Positions 42,548 to 53,407 of a stretch of 64,000 bases of DNA are shown piece after piece. Location of the stretch: the NCBI GenBank assembly GCA_964247055.1, contig OZ176052.1, positions 4,898,001-4,962,000 of the forward strand, written 5' to 3'. A model generated the notes under the pieces. That model searched no databases. It was given only the letters and a program-made list of their open reading frames with translations, and had not been told where the DNA came from. A program made the translations under genes and the position numbers. Each line of letters begins with the position of its first letter. Position 1 is the stretch's first letter. This DNA comes from Paragordius varius (lineage: Eukaryota > Animalia > Nematomorpha).

Positions 42548-44641
42548 TCACATATTAATTGAGGATAACGTAGAATCCTTTAGAAAACGCAATATTATTA
42601 GAGCCATACTTTTCATTTTATCGTTTTTCGAATTGGTAATAAATTGATTAAATAATATTATGATCAAATCCCTTAAATTTTCATCTGTTAGTATAAGCTC
42701 TAATGTCATCCGTTTTAAATAATCATTGTCGTTTTTTGTCCCATCTAATAAATTGTTTGATTTAGAGTTGCTCTTACACAAAATATTATGAGGGCATTGG
42801 AGTGTCATCAAATTTTCCATCCAATCAAGATACAAGTTTAAAGAGGCCTCATACTCTTCTATAATAACTGGTACGTTATCCTTGAGAATGTCAAATTCTG
42901 CATTCGTATTACGCAAATCAGGCATCATAATTTCCGTAAGATTGATTAGATATCTGGTGATTGTTGTCAAAAATACTAAGAGTGCGTCAAAATTTGGTTT
43001 GCTATTTCCAGGCTTATTAAAAAATGTAGTCTGTAATCCAAAAAAGGATATATCGTCTACCGCATGACTATCCGAGTTTAAAAGGTAGAAATGAAACAAT
43101 AAACGAACATAACATGGTGTAAGGCAAGCTTTGTCATCACTGTCATAGTATTGTAGATATTTGTGCAATTTTTTTAGCAAAAGATTGCGGATAACTTCAT
43201 TGAACACAGAATTTTGAAGAGATAGCATTTTAAAGTTTTTTCTATTGCTGACATAGAGCACATCTAAACAAAGATAAGCAAAATCAATGGCCTTTTCCAC
43301 ATACAATGGGGTACATTCATGCTGAAAACGAACCCTTTTGTGATTATTAACTATCATTTCTGTGGCGGCATCCTCCTGAAGAACAGAAATAATATGTTCA
43401 TAAAATTTGTGATAAAAAACGTTTTTGTGTAAACATAATTCTTCGCTCTTCTTATCCGAAATATTGAGATTAAAAAGGCAAACTAATATCCTATATCTGA
43501 TGTCATAACATTCGCTTTCGATGTAAATATCTAAAAGCTTTGCATTTGTTGCATCTATCATATCTAAAAAATTGGTGATTTCATTTCTATAAGGTTTATG
43601 GCCCGTTAATTTTGCCAAAAAACCTAATGTGCGAATATAATAGTCATTGTTATGATCCATAATTTTATTTTGGTAATCTATTTTTGTTAGGATGTCCAAC
43701 TGCTTTGCAGACAATTGTAAGAATTTTATAAGATCATTTCTCTCAAATATAAAGACGTCCTCAGTGACCATTTCATTATTTGGAATCGCATTGCACAGGA
43801 TCGATAAAGCACTAAGGTGCTTATTTTCAAAAGCCAATTCTATTATTTTATCTTTTATGGTTGGATTCCAAGACAAAAGTTTGCGGATTAAAGTTTGACC
43901 AATTATGAAGTTACTCATTATACTAAATAGCTGAAGAATGGCTTCGACAGTTTCAGATGTATTGAGTTTAGAAAAGGAATCATGGGTGAAAAAACTCCAT
44001 AGTAAATTTATCAGTGCTGTACCATTTTCCGATAAAAGCCTTTCAATATTATAAATCAAAGAGGGGGATATTGATTCACCAATCATTAATGACAAATTAC
44101 GAATGTATATCTCTTCATCCTGAAATATATCAATCTTTTGTCTGATTAAACTAAGATAGTTAAACAGTGCTCTATCGATTTTTAATAGTTGATACCCTCC
44201 GAGTTTCGACCATACTATTTTACCTTCAGTTTGATGCTGTTTTAAGTCTTTGTGTAATTCTTCCAATAAAAAATTGATATGCTTCAAAGGTTTTACGTTT
44301 AAATCAAGATTGGATATAGTCGTAATATAATATTTAAATTTTGTTACAATATCGTCATAGTTTGTTTGAGATATTTTTGTGTTTTCAGATTTATTATGTT
44401 CATTAATACTGACTTTTTTATCAGATTGATGAGTAAAAGTTTCGCCATAATCCCCAACTGTTTCATATTTATTGGAATATTCTTCTTTCAAAATAGATTT
44501 TGGATTAGGAAAATCTTTATTTATTGTTACGGTGGAATTTATTACATTTTCAGAATCACATTTTGGTTGTTTTACGCTATCTTTTGCATTTTGTTCCTCC
44601 AGTAACTTTAATTCATTGATTATACTATCAAAGATATTCAT
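42548..44641 (-). CDS. Intronless 697-aa protein of unknown function, predicted alpha-helical repeat-like
   Basis: A 2094-nt stop-free frame cannot arise by chance at this AT content. It has an ATG start, a charged low-complexity N-terminus and Leu/Ile-rich amphipathic segments. I recognise no family. Confidence 0.85.
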   Translation of the reverse strand: MNIFDSIINELKLLEEQNAKDSVKQPKCDSENVINSTVTINKDFPNPKSILKEEYSNKYETVGDYGETFTHQSDKKVSINEHNKSENTKISQTNYDDIVTKFKYYITTISNLDLNVKPLKHINFLLEELHKDLKQHQTEGKIVWSKLGGYQLLKIDRALFNYLSLIRQKIDIFQDEEIYIRNLSLMIGESISPSLIYNIERLLSENGTALINLLWSFFTHDSFSKLNTSETVEAILQLFSIMSNFIIGQTLIRKLLSWNPTIKDKIIELAFENKHLSALSILCNAIPNNEMVTEDVFIFERNDLIKFLQLSAKQLDILTKIDYQNKIMDHNNDYYIRTLGFLAKLTGHKPYRNEITNFLDMIDATNAKLLDIYIESECYDIRYRILVCLFNLNISDKKSEELCLHKNVFYHKFYEHIISVLQEDAATEMIVNNHKRVRFQHECTPLYVEKAIDFAYLCLDVLYVSNRKNFKMLSLQNSVFNEVIRNLLLKKLHKYLQYYDSDDKACLTPCYVRLLFHFYLLNSDSHAVDDISFFGLQTTFFNKPGNSKPNFDALLVFLTTITRYLINLTEIMMPDLRNTNAEFDILKDNVPVIIEEYEASLNLYLDWMENLMTLQCPHNILCKSNSKSNNLLDGTKNDNDYLKRMTLELILTDENLRDLIIILFNQFITNSKNDKMKSMALIILRFLKDSTLSSINM

Positions 44642-46197
44642 ATATTTTTAACATTTACACATATATTAGAACCATTCTAAACCCTATGCTAAATTATAAT
44701 TTTTTTATAATATTGTTTGGTTATAGTAAATTAATTCTAAAATATTAGTGGTGGCATCTTTTGATTTAAATTGATTAAACAATTTATGGATTTCTTTTAT
44801 ATTTAATTGAAATAAGCAGTGTGATCAAAATATAATGACAAATACTATCCTTATAAATCAACACCAATGCGGGAGAATAAGTAAAAGTTAGCTCAACCGA
44901 AGAAATATTTTCGAGTACGAATAAGAGATGGAAAATTTAAGAATCGAGTATGTGTGAGTTAATCGGTCATATATGAACTTTTAAATATCCCAGTCTGCTA
45001 TTATTCTGTACAGCCAAGCAAAATTATTGTTAAACGGAAAAATCATTGCCAAAATAAGCTATAAAGTATAAAATTTGAAACTGACATAACATCCTTTATT
45101 AATTATATTAATTAATTACAAACAAATTACCGTAACTAATTTCAAAATATACATTTAAAAAAATTATTTTAAAAACATTTTTCGTTCGACAAAAACAGAT
45201 GACGAAGTCATAAAATAATATAATTTGAGATTAATTGTCTAACGATTTGTTTCAAAAAGTTGTGTTTGAGAGGAAAGGACAAATCTTATAACCCTTCTGG
45301 AAACAATTTTGTAATCATTTCATGCCAATGTTCAAAACTAGTTGAAAACTATTAATTAATTTGTGGCAATAACCCTTTCCTCTTAAACAGGGGTGTCCGC
45401 ACAAATATCTTCGCGGCTGCTATGATTTTGTTTTTATTTATTAGCCTAATTTTTGATTATATATCATAATGGTAAACTTTTGATTGAAATCCAATTTATT
45501 TTTTTCACATTTTTTAAAACACTTTTGCATATCGAAAAGCCATGATCGTAGACTTTGCATATAATTTCGTAAGCTAATTGTAACTATGGGGAATTGGTAT
45601 AAATATAGAATAAAATGTGATTTTTCTTTTAAAACATATTTTCACCCATTAAACCATTATAATCAATCTATAATACAGTTAAAATACCTTAAATGAAAAC
45701 ACTGAACAATACTGTAGCGACCATTAACTTTAGTAGCCGAATAACCAGATTATTTATGCTAACTATATCCCATGGTCATTTTTCCTCAAATCTTTTGAAA
45801 CGTAAAGACTGTGGAATAAAATATAGCTTTCTTTTAACCGTTTATAATATAAACACGGAAGATGTACCAGACTGATGTTTTTGGAGAGTAGCATAGTGAA
45901 TTGGTAACTTCTTGTTAGGAGAAAAAACGCTCGATTAAAGGTTATAAGAGCTGATAAAACCAAAATTTTTTGTCAAAAAATTATTGACATTTACAAACTC
46001 TGAGCCGAATATCTAAAAATGATAATCCCATGAATTTAGTAAAGAATATGAATAATGCAAAAAGATTTGAAAACATTTATACTTATTAAAATTCACATAT
46101 ATGTGATAAAAAAACAAGATTTGGATCCTAATATATTTATTTAGCCGTAAAATTTAATCATATTGCATTTGATAACAGATGGAAAACAAGTATTAGT

Positions 46198-49100
46198 TTA
46201 TGGGAAGAAGCATATTTGACTGTCATACACCATTTGTAAATTAACTTTATGCCCAACCAATTCCCGAATGTTTGATATCCCATATAAAATCATAGTTGGC
46301 CTAAATTATACAAATATTAAAAGAATATAAAATTTATTAAATACAGTAGCGTATGGCATAAAACAATGGTCCATAAAAGAATAAATAAATATTTTTTAAA
46401 TAACAACCCTAATTGTATATCCATATATCCCCTTATTTTTTTAATAAAAAACATTTGTTTATTCTTTTGTGGACTAATATTATTCCATACGCTACTGTAA
46501 TAAATTAAGTCCCGATACAATAAATTATATATTTTACAACATTTATATAGTTTACAAATAGCTATTTTTTAAATCTACAACAAAAAAATTAAAAACACAT
46601 ATATAGATTTTACCTTTCCAATGATAAACCCCAAGCTATAACGCTAATATCAGGAGGTAGACCCATAGGCATAAGCATCTCAGGCCTAAAAATACCAGAA
46701 TTCCCAATCTCGACCCATTTCTTTAAGCCCTCATGAAAACTGTAAACTTCCATACTTGGTTCAGTGTAAGGATTATACGTTGCCTTAAATCTTAACCGGG
46801 TTATACCTAAACATAAGCCCCATTAAAATTAATCACTAAATGTAAAAAGATATGATAAGTGTAAATTTTGGTGGACAATTACGCAATCTGAAAAATGTTG
46901 TGCATAATTCGAAAAAATAAATAAATAAAAAGTTATAAAAAAATATTACCAAGCTTTTTAAAAAATTCGGTTAAAACACCCTTCAAATCTCCCAAACTTA
47001 AATTACGATCGGCTATAACGCCTTCAATTTGATGAAATTCTGCCAAATGCGTTGCATCTAGGCTCTCATTTCTGTAAACTTTATCAATGCTGAAATATTT
47101 GCAGGGTTGGAATCCTCTCTAATAAAATAAAGTATCAATGATAATAAATTAAAATCATAAGTTTATAATACATATAAATCGATGCTTTGAACAATATTAT
47201 ATATCCCTTACTAACAAATATAAAATGGACTATAATAGGAATTGTTAAAAAAAATTCAACCCATTTCACGTTAAACTATTAACAATCGAATGATATTTTT
47301 AGGATGTATTTCGAGAAACGAGCCTTTAGAATCATCTATTAGGATTGATCAATGGGCACCGACCTTGTAATAAACCACGTACAATAAACCTTGACCAAAT
47401 TCTAAGATGATGCACGCTATTGCAAATTATTATGCATAGAATGCTTTATTAAAACCACAGATGTTGTGAATACGGGGATAGGGATATAAAGTAAGCTGTT
47501 TCGAAAATTACCTAAAAAAGATATACGGATGATATCTCCAATCTTTAGGTTTTTTCTCAAAATGTTAAGCATACTTTTTGGCATAGCTTGTGTAACGTTT
47601 GTAATGGTATAGATAAAACATAAAAACCCCAGGAATATTGTGTTACCCGGCTTTTGGCATGAGTTTTAGAACTAATTCGATTTCATTTTATACATATTTT
47701 CGCCATTCCCATTTTAATTATATTGGTTTGATACAGACTGCAAGCGAAATATATCCACCTTTTTCTTACATTAATTTGTTTGCAGAAAATAGTTCCAACC
47801 TATGCAATTTTATTGTTGATGTAAACTGTTTTTAAATGACGTGTTTTAATTCTTAAAACATTGGTTGCATTCTTATTATTCTTTTACTCATCTTGGCATT
47901 TCCTATTATTCGTAATCTTTAGTCTTTGGAAAAGTTTTGCGTATTATAGCTATGTATAATATCATCCCAGTTGTGCAACTACTGCACTTTATATAGTCTT
48001 TAAATTTTATGTTTTGTTCCTTTTTGCCATGCAAATTTAATTAAAAAAACATAGTTCTAATAGATTTTCCACAAGAAAGTGTATTTCATTTCCAATTATT
48101 TTTTTTTCAAAACTATACGGGTGTGTCTTAAACATATCAGCGATTATACTGTAAAGCTTATGTCACCAGCTTGAAATCGTTAAAGCAGCCGTGTTTTTCA
48201 TTCAATAAAGAATGACCAGATTTTTGTTCCCACATGGGAAATATGTGGGTAATATTCTGTAGTATTACAACCATCTTACTTTATTAAAAATCAATAATGT
48301 GCCCCCTGTTTTATTTCCTTAACCTAAATCCAACAATTTGATCTAAATTAATATATCCTTTCGATTAGGTATATATGAAGATTAGCATTCATATTTTCTA
48401 TATCCTCTTAGGAGAATTTAACATAGAAAAATCCACTATTAATTTTGGTTTTGAATTTAGTCAAAACACATAATTTCTAGATGTAAGGTGTGATAGCTTT
48501 ATTTAATATTGATTTTTTAATTATAATCTTTTACAAAGGTTTATTGAAAATATAAAGAAAATATGATTTTAGCATTGAGTGTTATAATTTTCCATTTATC
48601 CACCATGGTAAAAAGATTTAATAGAAAGATAAATAGCGTGTACCATTAGTTTTAACATAAGAGATTATTGGCTAAATTTTTTTATAATTTTGTAATAAGA
48701 ATAAACTTAAATTTTTCCAAAACATCCATTTTAGATGTATGTTAAATTTGGAGTTATATAGTTATTTACATTAAATAAATGATTTACTTTTGCCAATTCA
48801 TACAAAGTCCTTGAACTGATTGCGGTTGTATGTGTTCTCAAAATGTTTTTTTGGGCTTCCTCAATTTTCCAATCATAATTATAACTATAAAAATGAAAAA
48901 TAATATAAAAAAATAATAAAAAGGCTATTTTTCAAATGAAATAGTGTTGTGAACGCGTATTGATATATAAAATCAATTGCGCGCCATCAATCAGAATAGT
49001 ATATTCGTAGAGTCCATAAATAATAAAAAAACATAATTTCAATTATATTTTGAATAAATAAATTGATAAATGCTTGTACACAATAATTTTTGTATTTTAA

Positions 49101-50888
49101 AACTGATATGGTGTAATCGGCCGAACGTTAAAGCGGTTTAACCAATTAGAAAATCAATTAAATACCGATAATTAATGGAAGTTTATTATATTTGTTTGGT
49201 TATTATCAAAAATTTTAACATTTTAAAAAATATAAAATTTATAAAACCCAAGAGATCCATGTCCACCCTTGGAATGTATCTGCTTGACTCTTTCCAAATA
49301 ATCTTGGGGAAACTTGTGGCTTGTCTTAGGATCTAAAAAAGAAAAAAAGTTTGCCGTAAAATAAATTACAAATAAAACGAATAATTTATTAATTTTTCAA
49401 ATATTAATGGACAATCATTTAAAAAAAATAACTATAACACATATTTATTTTGATTTAAAATATATACCACTCATAAAAAAGGTATCATGTTCATCGCGTG
49501 CCGGATGATTTTGTGGCTGAAACAATGCATCGAAATTCCAGAAGGAACTTTCAACGTACTTACTTGTATCCATTTCGGAGAAACTAAACAATAGACAAAA
49601 TAAATATCGCCGTAGTTCATAAAAATTGGAACTTTTATATTTTTTAATAACTTATATCAAAGTAATTTCTTGGACTTATAACTAAAAATTTGTTTTACAT
49701 TTTTGTGTTTTTTAATAACAATTTTATAAGCAACTTTTTGGCGTATTGCGTATAACTCAAATAAAAAAACTAAAATAGCGTTTTATAGTCATTTTAGACA
49801 GCATTTAAGACTATAATGATTGTTAAATGAATAATTAAATATATTCAAAAACCATTTATAATGTGAATATTCTTTAGTTCAAGCATCAAATTAAAATTTT
49901 TAGGAAGGCACGTACCCCATCTCCAAAAATATTTGGCGAAACTGGGATTTGACTTTCATAAGGGGATGAAAATGACCACTACTTGGTTGAACACCCATAG
50001 CATTGAAATTATACTTCTTAAATTTGGTGTCTTTCCACGTGTCACTAAAAAGTTATTTGATTGAATTAAATTACTTAATAATCATTTCGGGTGTCATATC
50101 AGGTACCTCTTTTATAATTGAAGTACCGAATTGCGGACCTTTGACGATATTGAAACTTTTTACCAATGTTTCAACAATCAATTTGCGTTTTTTATATTCA
50201 GACAATGTGGAAGGAGGTATAATATGATTTTGCCTCGAATTAATACTATCAAGTTGTTTTTGAACTGTATCTTCAATTTGATTAACCTATATAAAATATA
50301 TTTGATAAATAATTTTGTTTAAAAAATAATAAAAGCTTAGATACAAAATATACCTTTTTAAAAACTTTGGGTTTGGACTTATCCGATTTATCAATTCGAA
50401 TCCAACCCAATGACATGGCTTTAGAAAAGCCAATGTTTGAATTGGGTGATAATTTCTATCATATTAGAATTATAGTATTAGATATTCATTTGATTATATA
50501 ATAATATAATTATAAAATAAATAATACTAATAAATCAATCTGAAGAATTCCGTCATCCGGAATATTGTCATAAAGATTTTTTTCGTAACTCCCGTTTTCG
50601 GCTACTGCCTTACCTTCATCTGTCAACTTTATTTGTGGTGTGGAAATGGGCTCGAGATAAATGTACTAACATGAAATTATAAATACATTTATAGTAAAAA
50701 ATGTAATACATTTACAAAATGCAATATACAAAATTTACATCTTTAACTGATTCCAGACTTTTGAGTATTCCCACAATTTTTTGATGGTCTTCATTCAAAT
50801 GATTTGCAATATCGCTGGAATTGCATAAGCTTTCACCGTGTTTGGCTATTTGATCGACAACTAGTTTTTGTAAAGCGTGCGTATCCAT
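46198..50888 (-). CDS. FARSA: Phenylalanine--tRNA ligase alpha subunit, cytoplasmic
   Basis: Exon 1 50888-50739 (MDTHALQK...[11 protein letters not shown]), then [136 protein letters not shown], and a TAA ending at 46198. All introns are GT-AG. Confidence 0.98.
47300..47620 (-). pseudogene. Possible decayed non-LTR retrotransposon RT remnant in a FARSA intron
   Basis: The minus strand reads ...[12 protein letters not shown] (~47355-47390), similar to the RT motif RGxxQGCPLSP, with a DWRY-like stretch upstream. There are many stops and no clear YADD. Confidence 0.25.
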
Positions 50889-50934
50889 ACGGTAATATGA
50901 AATGTTACGTAAGATGGTATTTTGATACTCGGCG

Positions 50935-51909
50935 ATGACATCAGGTAGCAATACAAATATTATTGTGGCCCCTATGCGGTCCATGAATGATTTCATATTA
51001 GAATCTTCTAGATTTAGCATTCCAAATAGCGAAGATTACGAAAAACTTAACAAACGTATCCTAAATAATCTTCTATACTACCAAACTAACTATTTTGCCG
51101 CATTTATTGCAACCTTTCTAATTGTGGGGTAATAAATTATGATTTAAATTTATAGTTTATTTGCCCCCGGAAAAATGGTTATTGGTATTATTACGACCGC
51201 ATTACTCGTCACCCTATTTTTGTACTGTACTCACAATAAACGAGATGCCATGATTCTAAAGCAAAAACATCCAATCATATTTTTTGTATCCATAATTCTT
51301 TTGGGATACTTTATTCTTTATTTTATACAAGCCGTTGCTGTTTTTACATTCGGGATAACATTTCCATTACTTTGTAATTATTTTTTTGATGATAAAAATT
51401 GAATTTTAATGGCATCAGGTTCTTCAAGCCAAATTTGCCGAAATTTATATTAAAATATTTGGACATTTTTTGAATAGAAATTGTTTCGAAATAGGGCGTC
51501 AACCTCTAGAATTTATAATTTTTATTGTCAAAATTTGCTGTATTTATATCGTTGTCCAGGATTTTAATGTAAAATCAAAATCACTTTTCATTTTTATTGG
51601 ATTATAATAGTCGGGGAAAATACACACAGCTTTTAACAGGGACTATTCGCATGAGACAACTACTTAATAGACAATGTTTCGTAAAAAAAAGTAAAGGGCA
51701 TATTTAAAACACTTAAACATTATAGAAATAAATTTTATTTAACAGTGAAATATATTTATACAATTTAAAATTTAGTGATCATGCTACATGCTGCCATGAG
51801 AATGCGAAACATGAAAAATAAATTGGCAAACACCATGGAATCGATGGGAATAAAGCGAACACCGATGGGCATTCTGTTGGAGGGTTTGGGCTTAGAGGAA
51901 GAGGCTTAA
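50935..51909 (+). CDS. ARL6IP5: PRA1-family protein (ARL6IP5/PRAF3/JWA-like)
   Basis: Exons 50935-51128 (APMRSMNDF...RILNNLLYYQTNY), 51156-51373 (FTFGITFPLL) and 51776-51909 (MLHAAMRMRNMKNKL...KRTPMGILLEGL*). Matches the ARL6IP5/PRAF2 pattern; invertebrates usually have a single co-ortholog, so the symbol is approximate. Confidence 0.92.
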
Positions 51910-53012
51910 CATTTTTTACATAAATTTATTTGATTCGAAATTTATGATGTATGCACGAAATTTCTTTTCTATTAATATATTGAAGCACACTGAAGATTGC
52001 ACATTACTAATCTTTTTTATCACTATTATATAATAGAGAAAAACCCAAAATTTGGCTTATAACGTTTTTTTTAAAAACTTATATATATAAACAAACCTGT
52101 TGATTAAAAGGGAGTGTATTTAAACTCTCACCGGTTTACATATTAAATAAAGTTCTTTTGTTCCCAACTAATATTTTATAAGCCGAATTTTAGGTTTTAA
52201 TATATATTATTATGCACCTTTATCATATATAGAGCACTTACTTATATTTCAATTGTTTTAATATGTGCAATATAGTATAAATTAATGTTATATATGTAAA
52301 TAAATATAGCGCTTCCGTTTACATTTCAAGCCATCTAAACATGATGATGATGATGAAATGATCAAATAAAGGAAGGGTGTTGGGTTTTTGATACAGGGTG
52401 CGTCTATAATCAAATAATAAAATATTGTCAATTTATCTATAATAATAATTTGTTAAAGAATGAAAAATATTTAAATTTGGGTAGCTTACCATTTCAATAT
52501 AGAAAAATACAATGTTTTAAGACTTTTTAGATGATTTATTTATAAACGATCGTACTATGGTATAATATAGTATTGATAATAACAATTGCAAAGTGAAAAT
52601 ATGGTATGATTGGACCTTAAATGTTACATTTATTATCATGTCCCTAATTACTAATGATATGTTTTCCATAGAGGTTTTTTATATTAAATTTTACAGGGGT
52701 CGCTTAAAATGTTTTTGGAACTGAATTTTGACGAATAAATTTATATATCAATTTTTTTTAAATAATCGGTCTCTATTATTTAAATGTGAATCGTACTAAT
52801 TTAATTTTATTAAATATGCTTCTTTTATAAAATTTTACCTTTTTGACACATATATATAGAGTAAATATCTTATAGAATCCAATTTTGACCCTTACAATTT
52901 TTTAAAAAAAAAATTATTTAAATTTTTTGCAGCTGAAAATTATAAAGAAATAAAAACTAATAATATTAAACTAATTTTAAAAATAATTAAAATTAATGAA
53001 AGTTATTAAAAG

Positions 53013-53407
53013 CAGGCGTGTCCAACATATTTGGACATTTCAAAATATATTCGCTTTTAACGCAAAAAGCCTAAAATACTTTTACAATGAACGTATATAC
53101 ATATAGCATATAATAATTTAGGAGCTAAAATAATTAACTAATTATCGAACAATAATGGTGTTTATGAAATTGAACCAATACAATTTTTTGGCAATAAAAC
53201 ATATCTATTCAAAATGCCGCTGCAATTTATATTAAACTTTTATAATTATAAATGGAAAAATATATTAATTAAATTTGGTATTAAAATTTTACCATAATTT
53301 TACAAATAATATATTTTTGCATTTTTTAGAATATTGTTTTTAAAATTTTTATCAAATTTTTTGCGGGCTGAACCAGTGGCCGCGGTAGGCCGCATGTTGG
53401 AAAACTC
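53013..53407. mobile_element. hAT (Charlie/Buster-like) MITE
   Basis: Starts caggcgtgtccaacat and ends ggccgcggtaggccgcatgttggaaaactc, flanked by attaaaag / attaaaaa. Confidence 0.7.

Noticed and set aside
50889-51020. 44-aa N-terminal extension of FARSA in the ORF track
   Set aside because: Homology begins at MDTHAL and the extension is antisense to the PRA1 CDS; more likely a by-product of the overlap than translated.
52341-52356. ATGATGA run as a C/D snoRNA box C
   Set aside because: It is an (ATG)n microsatellite with no CTGA box D or terminal stem at a suitable distance.
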